Positions 1 through 8,500 of a stretch of DNA of 10,116 nucleotides are shown here, piece by piece (the stretch's first letter is position 1; each line of letters starts with the position of its first letter). Under the pieces are notes generated by a model. The model did not search any database. It saw nothing but the letters and a program-made list of their open reading frames with translations, and was not told the DNA's origin. Source of the stretch: Octopus sinensis (taxonomy: Eukaryota); NCBI RefSeq assembly GCF_006345805.1, contig NW_021827860.1, positions 1-10,116 on the forward strand. Reading direction: 5' to 3'. The position numbers were made by a program, and so were the translations under genes.

Positions 1-97
1 AAGAAATTCCATCACTGTCACTTTTTAAACATATCAAACCATTATGACACTATCAGCCCTTGAATCACTGTAAACTTTCCCCAATTATTCCTTTATA

Positions 98-137
98 TGT
101 TTCAGCCCTAAGTATGTGGCCATGCTGGGGCACCGCC
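98..137 (-). mobile_element. 3' tail fragment of a SINE/LINE
   Basis: The minus strand reads GGCGGTGCCCCAGCATGGCCACATACTTAGGGCTGAAACA. It resembles the tail of the SINE at 6008-6197 (CAGCATGACCACAACTCGTGAGCTGAAACT). Confidence 0.6.
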
Positions 138-258
138 AGAAAACATATATACTTTGTTTTGTAGTTATATTTTACTATTTCTCTCAATAAAAACATATAT
201 ACACACTCTCTCACATACACTATCACACACATATGAACATATATCGATATCAAATTTC

Positions 259-653
259 GGCACAAGACCAGCAAAATCGGGGTGATGATGGTGGGGGGGT
301 TATACAACTCGATTACACCGACCTCAGTGCCCAACTAGTGCATATTTTATCAACTACCAAAGGACTAACGGCAAAGCCAACCTGGGCGGTGTTTCAACTC
401 AGAATGTAAAGATAGACGCAATGCCACTAAGCATTTCGATCGGTATGCTAACGATTCTGATTTCTTTATTGCCCACAAGGGGCTAAACATAGATGGGACA
501 AACAAGGAGAGACAAAAGGATTAAGTCGATTACATCGACCCCAGTGCGTAACTGGCACTTAATTTATCGACCCGGCGGAATTTGAACTCAGAACGTAACG
601 CCAAACAAAGTATTTCGATCGGTATGCTAACGATTCTGTCAGCTTACCGCCTT
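259..653 (-). mobile_element. Old tRNA-derived SINE (family 1), interrupted by a younger copy at 460-611
   Basis: 259-459 is a diverged match to the copy at 4070-4267, including the G-rich/CACAAG tail type. The head continues at 612-653 (minus AAGGCGGTAAGCTGACAGAATCGTTAG). Confidence 0.8.
460..611 (-). mobile_element. Younger 5'-truncated family-1 SINE nested in the older copy
   Basis: Reverse-complement match to the body and tail of 7627-7880. It has an internal deletion between two TCGACC-like motifs near 568-575 and is flanked by the identical 27-mer at 433-459 and 612-638. Confidence 0.85.
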
Positions 654-939
654 ACATATGTACATATATTATTGCATGCTGAATAGTTTCCAAAAATTTA
701 TGTACTTTATATCATGTATAGAGTGATTTTGCCGCCAGATATCTTTTTGTATGTGTAAAAATGAATGTATATTACAAGTGGTTGGTTGCTGATACACATT
801 TAACAAGTAGTCTCCATTGATTTTAATAACTTAATCGTAGATATCAGCAATTATATACGCATTACACACGATAAATGTATGTATATATGCATAGGTAATA
901 CGCACGCATATATTCTCACGTACAAACGCACATCATATA

Positions 940-1350
940 AACACACAGGCACACACACACACACACATACACACACATATATATATATACATATTATATA
1001 TGTATATAAATGTATACATATTTTGTTTATATATAAAGTCTTCTATATATTTCATATATATATCTAAATATATATATATACATATACATGTATATATAAA
1101 CATATATAAACATATATATAAACATATATAAACATATATATACGTTTATATATATCTATATATACATATATAAACATACATACATATATATACACATATA
1201 TATATATAATGTATAGAAATATTTTATATATGAATTACATATGAACCCTTACGTATATAAGAATATATATACATAGGCATGTATATATATACATGTATAT
1301 ATGTATATATATATAGATATGTACATATATATATATATATATACATACAT
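940..1350. repeat. Compound (CA)n/(TA)n low-complexity tract, including CATATATAAA units at ~1090-1140
   Basis: Directly visible. Confidence 0.9.
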
Positions 1351-1387
1351 TATTGTCTACATGCGTATATGTAAGTATATTTTAATC

Positions 1388-1400
1388 GCATATATATGTG

Positions 1401-1467
<67 letters not shown>

Positions 1468-1698
1468 TGTGCGCTCACATTTGTTTGTCCTACTGAGAAT
1501 TTGACACTTCACCCATTCCACTCGCCAAACCCCGTCTCAACGTTTCTCGATGTGTTGGTTAATTACCAAATTTTGTTTTTGTGAGGATTGATTATTTACT
1601 CGGATGTGTGAGAGACACACATACACACACACGTGCATGTGTGTGTGTGTGTGTGTATAGATAGATAAATAGACAAATAGATACATACATTACATTAT

Positions 1699-1729
<31 letters not shown>

Positions 1730-1791
1730 TATATATACATATATACAAGCATATATATGTGTGTGTGTGGTGTGTTTGTTGGTGTGTGGTG

Positions 1792-1827
<36 letters not shown>

Positions 1828-2061
1828 TGTGCGCTCACATTTGTTTGTTCCTACTGAGAATTTGACACTTCACCCATTCCACTCGCCAAACCCCGTCTCA
1901 AGTTCTCGATGTGTTGGTTAATTACCAAATTTTGTTTTTGTGAGGATTGATTATTTACTCGGATGTGTGAGAGACACACATACACACACACGTGCATGTG
2001 TGTGTGTGTGTGTGTGTGTGTGTATAGATAGATAAATAGACAAATAGATACATACATACAC

Positions 2062-2107
<46 letters not shown>

Positions 2108-2120
2108 CATATATATACAA
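1388..2120 (+). repeat. Tandem duplication, 2 x ~360 bp (1388-1748 and 1749-2120)
   Basis: The unique core GCGCTCACATTTG...GATGTGTGAGAGAC starts at both 1471 and 1831. The copies differ almost only by small indels. Confidence 0.95.
1397..1466. repeat. (TG)n microsatellite
   Basis: Directly visible; one interruption. Confidence 0.95.
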
Positions 2121-2813
2121 GATATATATGTGTGTGTCTGCGGGTGCCTGCGTAATACAAACATATTTAATTTTTGTATGGTTGTATATTCATGCGTATA
2201 CTATGCAGCATAAATATAAGTGTGTGGGTACACATATATATAGGTATGTATGTATGTACGTATTTATACACACATATAATTACATAATTATATATGTGAG
2301 TGTTTGTGTGTCTGTCTGAGTGCCTGCGTAGATATATTAATATATATATACACACATCTATTTATATATATATATATTTACACACACATACAAACACAAA
2401 TACGTATATACATGGATATATATATATATACGTGTATTTAAAGGGAGTAATATTTAGAAGAAGATAGAGAGAAGGCGGGTAGAAATACCTACATTTATAT
2501 ATATATATAAACATATTTGTGCGAGAATATAGTTTGTGTTTATTTTCTATGAAATATTTAAAGAGATAAAAAAATATCCTAGGAGGACCAATGTTTCTTT
2601 GAAGATAATTTGGTATATTTCTAGGAAAAAAAATATTTTGCAGAAAGAACTACATGATTGAGTTTTGGAACTAATGATGTCGAATCGAGAAATTTCTGGA
2701 TAATGGCCCAGTGAAAATTTGTTTTCGAAACATTTTATTTTGGCAGCTTAATCTACCACGAAGCAAAAGCACTATTTTATCTGTATCATATCTATAGCTC
2801 TGTGTACATATAA

Positions 2814-2849
<36 letters not shown>

Positions 2850-3025
2850 CTATGTATGTACTTATATATATGTGTGTGTATATATATATATGCATATGTG
2901 TGTATATATATATATACATGTATATATATATGTATATATATATATATATCTTTGTACATATATATATATATATATATTTATATATCTATATACGTATGTA
3001 TGTATATATATATATATACTAATAT
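2814..3025. repeat. Compound (TA)n/(TG)n tract
   Basis: Directly visible. Confidence 0.9.
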
Positions 3026-3574
3026 AGGATGAAGATTTTTTACAGAAATGTATATACTTACATGCTTACATACATGTGTGTTTATGTAAGTACGTATGTA
3101 TACAAAATGTATAAATGTATGTGTTTGTAGGTACGTGCGGTTGTCGTCAAATAGTTTTAGTGTATCGCCACTTTCTCATTACTGCCATATATCTGTATCA
3201 CATTTCGTCGTATTTCTGCCAAGGGAGCTCAGATATCTATCTTTCTTTGATTTTGTATTAAACTGTTTGTGATGAGTATAGACCGTAGTTACCTCAAGAA
3301 TCATTGCAACCGCATTTTTGTATTCTTGGCAAAGAGATTTTCGGCCCAGTACTTAACGATCGTACACAGGATATAGCTGTTGGGTTTATAATGTAAAAGA
3401 CCACACCACTTCGATCTCCGGATACGTGACCTTTACATCTGAAACAGCCGTAGAAATACGATATGAATGAGAAGTCCCGTCTTTGAAATTATTTTGCGAC
3501 GAAATACTTCGCAGGCCACGTTATCTCTGGATCATGCGCCACGTTCAGCTGCAACGTCCTGTAATTTTAAGTTA

Positions 3575-3966
3575 CTAGCAGTATCGCCCGGCGTTGCTCG
3601 GGTTTGTTTCGTCCCTTTAGAATTGGAATTTTTGAAAAGTAACAGTTTTGCATTATGTAGCTTGTTATTCTCTTTAAGCGAACATTTTTCTGGTTGAAAT
3701 ACACCGAAAAATGGCAGCACAGCAGTCAAAAAATTGTAAAAAATAGGGATTTTCATTTAAAAAAAATGTATCTTTTTGATGTAAATAATTTTTGGTGTTA
3801 ACAAGGTCCGATTTGAATCTTATCTTCTATGGAAGGAAGATCAAGCTTTCTTCTATCATACTCTCAATTTTGATCAACTTGCGCTACAGGGTCTCGGAGA
3901 AGATACTGTTAGTTGAAGGCGACAAAACCTGCCACACACAGACAACTTCAGCTTTATATATATAGA
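3575..3966 (-). mobile_element. Non-autonomous Helitron (392 bp)
   Basis: The minus strand starts TC (TCTATATATATAAAG at 3966) and ends CTAG (3575-3578). A GC-rich hairpin CCCGAGCAACGCCGGG (3587-3602) lies 8 nt before the CTAG. It sits between host A (3967) and T (3574) on the minus strand with no TSD, which are the canonical Helitron hallmarks. Confidence 0.88.
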
Positions 3967-4000
3967 TTACGTTTCAGAATTTGTTGAATAACTCGCAAGA

Positions 4001-4300
4001 GAATTTAGACTTAAAACGTAATGACGGATTAAATGCCACTATGCAGTTTGTCCATGTACTAACGATTCTTTTCTACTTTAGACACAAGGCACGGAATTTT
4101 GGGGGAGGGGGACAGTCGACTAGATCGACCCCAGTACTTAATTTATCGACCCCAAAAGGACGAAAGGCAAATTCGATTTCAGCGGAATTTGAACTCAGAA
4201 CGTAACGGCAGACGAAATACGGCTACGCATTTCGCCGGCGTGCTAACGTTTCTGCCAGCTCACCGCCATAGTGTTTGAACTATTCTGCCAATTCTCTACC
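4001..4300 (-). mobile_element. Old degenerate family-1 SINE head (4001-4069 and 4278-4300) hosting a younger copy
   Basis: 4001-4069 (GAATTTAGACTTAAAACGTAA...TACTAACGATTCT) aligns to 4185-4253. It resumes at 4278 as AACTATTCTGCCA. Confidence 0.6.
4070..4267 (-). mobile_element. Near-full-length family-1 tRNA-derived SINE
   Basis: The minus strand reads GGCGGTGAGCTGGCAGAAACGTTAG (A-box-like), GAGTTCAAATTCC (B-box-like), then the core GCCTTTCGTCCTTTTGGGGTCGATAAATTAAGTAC. It is homologous to 7627-7820 but carries a different tail. Confidence 0.9.
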
Positions 4301-4920
4301 AACGTCTGAAATGCAATATCGAAATTCAAAATATCTGAGCAGATATTACTTCATTGCCATACACCGAGCAAACTTGCAGCTGGCCGTTTGATAAACCAAT
4401 TCAGGACACGGACATAATTTTCATGAAGACCGCGTAACAAATATTCTCAAAATCAGTCTATAGTTTTTGTTCAATTGCAGAAAAGTGATTCCAGTTGTTT
4501 GACAATTTTGAATTTACACTAATCGGCACTAATTTCCAACCAAATATCAACGCAATATCTTAGAATTGCCAAACATATTTCACCATTAAATATTCGACTA
4601 TATCTGTATAACAGGATTAAATTTTTATCCGTTTTTTACTAATTTCATTCAGTGTTTTCATGAAATTTCTTCAAATATAACACAAAAGAACGGAAGAATT
4701 ATTGTTTTTAAAGCAGTTATTTTCTTCATTATACTTTTTAATTTCATTTTAGAAATTTACATGTGGAGGTCAATAAGTTATCTGCAATTCTATGCTGACG
4801 TCAATGAAATAACAAGATTGCTGACCGCCATATCAGACGTTTCTGGAGAAATTTTTCGAGTCTTCGTGTCGATGATACGGAGTTCAAGTCTCAGATATGT
4901 GTGGGAAGAATCTGTTCACA

Positions 4921-5289
4921 TACTCTTTTACTATTTTACTCTTTTACTTGTTTCAGCCTTTAGTCGAGCAACTCGACCCCGGGACTTATTCTTTTGTAAG
5001 CCCAGTACTTATTCTATCGGTCTCTTTTGCCGAACCGCTAAGTAACGGGGGCATAAACACACCAGCATCGGTTGTCAAGCGATGCTAGGGGGACAAACAC
5101 AGACACACAAACACACACACGCATATATACATATATACGACGGGCTTCTTCCAGTTTCCGTCTACCAAATCCACTCACAAGGCTTTGGTCGGCCCGATGC
5201 TATAGTAGAAGACACTTGCCCAGTGGGACTGAACCCGGAACCATGTGGTTGGTAAACAAGCTACTTACCACACAGCCACTCCTGCGCCT
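4921..5289 (-). mobile_element. tRNA-derived SINE (family 2) with internal TG/TA microsatellite and AGTAAAAG-type tail repeats
   Basis: The minus head is AGGCGCAGGAGTGGCTGTGTGGTAAG (A box) ... GGTTCAGTCCC (B-box-like). Short tandem tail repeats TACTCTTT occur at 4921-4947. It is homologous to 5340-5685. Confidence 0.9.
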
Positions 5290-5339
5290 ATGATACATAA
5301 GTATCATATTTGCAAATCTTGGTAGGCAATTTTAAATAT

Positions 5340-5587
5340 AGGTTCAGGTGTAGCCGTGTGGTAAGAAGCTTGCTTTCCAACCTCATAGTTCCGTGTTCAG
5401 TCCCACTCTGTGACAACTTGTGCAAGTGTCTGCTGCTGTAACTTCAGACCAACACTCGCACAAATACACGTATCTATAGATAGATACGACGGGCTTCTTT
5501 CAGTTTCCATCAACCAAATCCACTAGCAAAGATTTGGTTGAGGGAAACTGAAAGAAGCCCGTTGTATCTATCAATAGATACTGTATG

Positions 5588-5618
<31 letters not shown>

Positions 5619-5685
5619 TGTGTGTGTGTATGTGTGTGTGTGTGTATGTGTGTGAGTGTCTGTGTGTGTCTTTGTGTCTGTGTGT
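5340..5685 (+). mobile_element. Older, 3'-truncated family-2 SINE containing an internal inverted duplication
   Basis: The head AGGTTCAGGTGTAGCCGTGTGGTAAG...GTTCAGTCCCACT matches the reverse complement of ~5200-5289. 5531-5566 matches the reverse complement of ~5136-5171 and is followed by a (TG)n tract. Confidence 0.85.
5471..5580. repeat. Inverted repeat: 50-bp arms, 10-nt loop
   Basis: 5471-5520 versus the reverse complement of 5531-5580 is 47/50 identical; the loop is CACTAGCAAA. Confidence 0.95.
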
Positions 5686-6007
5686 GCAGAGATACACCGA
5701 GGTTTAATACTAATGTCCACTGGAATAAGTAGCGAGCGAACATAATTCAAGTTGAAATGTGCTTTCAAAGCAGAGTGTAGTTTGACCAAAATTCATCAAA
5801 CTTTGGTGGCCATAATAACTGTTCAAAGCTTGTCCACAGTACATTTCTGTTTACTGCCAAGTTCTTTCGCTAGATTGATGTGAACTCATTATGAAAGATG
5901 TCTCTGATGTATGTACCTTCCTTGCAACTGTTTTCTGCTAGAGATCGTACTTGGGATACTTTTGCTTCGTCTGAGTCCATATTGGGTCTCTGGGACATCG
6001 ATGGGAC

Positions 6008-6197
6008 TTTATTTTATTTCATCTAGTTTCAGCTCACGAGTTGTGGTCATGCTGAGGTTTGCCATTATCTTCTGCCGGAGCCGCGTGGAGCTTAGGTGTT
6101 TCGCTCATAAACACACACATCGCTTGGTCTGAGATTCGAACTTGCGATCCCTCGACTGCGAGTCCGCTGCTCTAACCACTAGGCCATGTGCCTCCAC
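6008..6197 (-). mobile_element. tRNA-derived SINE (family 3), short or internally deleted
   Basis: A box TGGCCTAGTGG (6176-6186), B box GTTCGAATC (6133-6141), and an A-rich tail GAAATAAAATAAA. Removing it restores the LINE frame (...TYT-R-PIDVPETQYG). Confidence 0.88.
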
Positions 6198-7269
6198 GTG
6201 TGTATGTCTACAAACTATTCAATGTAAGTCTTGCGAGTACGTTACCACCATTTGCATAATAGAAAATACCTCGAAAGTTGCCAGTAGTCAGATTCGAACC
6301 TTTTCACTTATACAGTGAAATTAGTATAGCATCTCTCCAATCTTCTGGAATTAGTGAGCCATTGCATACGTTGACAATTGGTGTGGTCACTAGATCAGAT
6401 ACTACACCTATTCCTACAGAAAACTCTCAGCTGCCAAACCATCAGCTCCTAGGACTTTCCCTAATTTGGCCTGTTTAATGACAATTTTGTATAGCTTTAT
6501 CACACATTGTATGTGAAAAGTGAAGAGGGTCTGGACAGTGGTCAACCTCTTCTTTACGGAATACAAAAGTATCACACACAAAAAAAACATCCATCTTTTG
6601 AACAGAGAGGAGAAGTAGTTAACTGGTGAGGACTTGTTATTTGTTTTAACATGTTTATCATTTTGGGAACTATTCTATGAAAGCACAATTGAATATCTGC
6701 AAAGGGACTCAAACACTACGCGTTCTTCATTGCTCTGAACTCTTTCTTAGAAATGCTGAATTGCGGCGATTCAATAATTCATAGCTTCAAGCATTCTTTT
6801 CGAGCTAAATTAAGATTGAGCAATTTCTGGTGTAATTTGTTTACCGTTTTGAAAAAAGGATACAACATACAACAGATGTATTTTCGTTGTTCCAATCTTT
6901 ATGCATTCGTTTCTTAAATCTCAGCTTATTTTCAGCGATGATATAAATAATTTACGTGAAATCTGACCATGAACCGTGAAAAAAGGAACTTGCAGGAACT
7001 TAAAAAACAAGATATTAGCAGATCATGGAGTTTGACAGTATTCAAATGTTTCGGAGCCTTCGTGTTAGTCTGTTGTAATTTTTTTTTCCAAAAATCAACT
7101 TCAGCTTCGCTCGTCTTCGGCAGTGATCTGTCTAGTATGTGGTACGACACAAAACGTCAAAGATCACAAATGTCTCATTTACATGCTATAATTCAATAAG
7201 AATCTCCCATTTCAGTGGGAAATATGCCAAGGTATATTCAGTGTCAAAGGTATATTCGGTCCAGTAATT

Positions 7270-7332
7270 GAATACGAACTCATGAACCTGTGCTCGTTAG
7301 CCCGACGCTCCTAAGCACCAGGCCACATGCTC
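7270..7332 (-). mobile_element. Degenerate tRNA-like SINE head
   Basis: The minus strand reads GAGCATGTGGCCTGGTGCTTAGGAGCG...GAGTTCGTATTC, with A/B-box-like motifs at tRNA spacing. It is similar to the head at 6133-6197. Confidence 0.5.
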
Positions 7333-7484
7333 TAAGCAAATATGCTGACGCGGGTACGGTACAGTCCTATTGACCAATGTCAATGAATAGTCGGGTTCTT
7401 ATTGTGTGCATTAAGCACTAGTGAATTCATTTTAACCTTTTCAGTGTCACTGAAGGAGTGGGGCCAAAAGAAAAAAGTATTTCG

Positions 7485-8016
7485 CATTTATATGTATTCA
7501 AATGAGGGAACGATATTGGCTGCAATATTTCCTCTCAGATAAACATCTCAAAATGGCCCTGTACGTCAGAAAAATGGTGTTTGCACAAATGCCAGTGGAT
7601 CACCGGAAAAGAGCGTTTCAATGTAAGGCGGCGAGCTGGCGGAAACGTTAGCACGCTGGGCGAAATGCTTAGCAGTATTTCGTATTCCGTTACGTTCCGA
7701 GTTCAAGTTCCGCCGAGCTCGACTTTGCCTTTCATCCTTTCTGGGTCGATAAATTAAGTACCAGTTACGCGTCGATAAATTAAGTACCAGTTACGCACTG
7801 GGATCGACGTAATCGACTTAATCCGTTTGTCCGTCCTTGTTTGTCCCCCTCTGTGTTTAGCCCTTTGTGGGTAGTAAAGACATATATATGTATTCAAATA
7901 GGGGAACGATATTCGCTGCAATATTTCCTCTGAGATAAACATCTCAAAATGGCCTGTACGTCAGAAAAATGATGTTTGCAGACAACGCCAGTGGATCACC
8001 GGAAACAGCGTTTCAA
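7485..8016 (+). repeat. ~136-bp direct repeat (7485-7621 and 7881-8016) flanking the SINE
   Basis: CATwTATATGTATTCAAAT...GTGGATCACCGGAAA..AGCGTTTCAA occurs on both sides, with about 12 differences by eye (~90% identity). Confidence 0.93.
7627..7880 (+). mobile_element. Full-length family-1 tRNA-derived SINE with an internal 26-bp tandem duplication
   Basis: Head GGCGGCGAGCTGGCGGAAACGTTAG, B-box-like GAGTTCAAGTTCC, core GCCTTTCATCCTTTCTGGGTCGATAAATTAAGTACCAG. 7745-7770 is identical to 7771-7796. Confidence 0.92.
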
Positions 8017-8436
8017 GCGGACATATTCTCTTAAGTACCTTTTTGTTCGAACGTTCTGAACAAAACTGAAAGCATTTTTGTTCCAATAGAGGAATCAGTA
8101 TAGAAAACATTTATCATATGTTCGGAAGCTATCCATGCTAGAATTAATTTAATACACACACTTGAAACAAGATTGGCTTAAAATACCGATGAGCATGCGC
8201 AGGTACACTGGTATTTCAATTTAAGGCTAATTCAAAAGCGTATAGGGTTTTAATTGAAAATATTTCGATTAAATGTTCTTTTATAAGCTGCCATTAAACG
8301 ATATAATGTTCCACGTATACGTGATGCAGTTACCTAACAATTCATTGCCGCTGACAGAAATTATGTAAGGGAAAATAAAAACTATTAACCGAGAGTAAGC
8401 GTTCTAAAAGTACATAAAGCTCAGTGATAATAATAT

Positions 8437-8438
<2 letters not shown>

Positions 8439-8496
<58 letters not shown>
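8439..8496. repeat. (AT)n microsatellite
   Basis: Pure dinucleotide run. Confidence 0.95.

Positions 8497-8500
<4 letters not shown>

Larger units (their letters stand above)
3135..8330 (-). mobile_element. Decayed near-full-length RTE-clade non-LTR retrotransposon (APE endonuclease + reverse transcriptase + C-terminal C2H2-like remnant), split by nested insertions
   Basis: Manual minus-strand translation gives RTE ORF motifs in colinear order. Endonuclease: TWNI (8305-8316, cf. TWNV), TDH..RAKLKL (TDH at 7123-7131), APKHLNTVKL. Linker: HKDWNNEN (6880-6903, cf. HQDWFDEN). RT: GKVLGADG (6438-6461, cf. GKAPGPDG), PEDWRDA (6328-6348), GNFRGI (6265-6282, cf. GNYRGI), PETQYG (5976-5993, cf. PESQCG), VNRNVLW, PVDISIKPRC (5694-5723, cf. 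PVxNGVKQGC). C-terminal: ICLAILRYCVDIW (4540-4578, cf. LLYGCETW), AAERGA*, CEVFRRKIISKTGLLIH (3463-3513). Many stops and frameshifts; the YADD motif is destroyed. The 5690-7135 core is confident; both ends are approximate. Confidence 0.85.

Noticed and set aside
2144-2330. GTGCCTGCGTA repeated at 2144-2154 and 2320-2330
   Set aside because: Only two short copies in low-complexity context. At most an old local duplication; not an array or CRISPR.
879-3032. Many 60-80 aa ORFs rich in YI, CV and HT
   Set aside because: These are stop-free dinucleotide repeats, not genes.
3532-3756. 74-aa minus-strand ORF with a signal-peptide-like start
   Set aside because: A chance chimera of Helitron interior and the LINE remnant across the insertion junction.
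4753-5045. Possible plus-strand exon after TTTCATTTTAG (4752) with a 94-aa ORF
   Set aside because: It lies antisense to the decayed LINE RT region and runs into a SINE tail. There is no recognisable protein or convincing splice donor.
6120-6197. Possible genuine tRNA gene
   Set aside because: No proper acceptor stem or 7-nt anticodon loop, and it continues into a SINE body and tail.
6285-6325. B-box-like GGTTCGAATC and small hairpin on the minus strand suggesting a tRNA
   Set aside because: It falls inside the LINE reading frame (LYK*KGSN..GNFRGI) and has no A box or cloverleaf.
7229-7257. AAGGTATATTC repeated twice, 19 bp apart
   Set aside because: A tiny local duplication beside a degenerate SINE that cannot be assigned as a TSD.
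7485-8016. TRIM or mini-LTR retrotransposon interpretation
   Set aside because: No TG...CA termini, PBS or PPT were seen, and the interior is simply a SINE.
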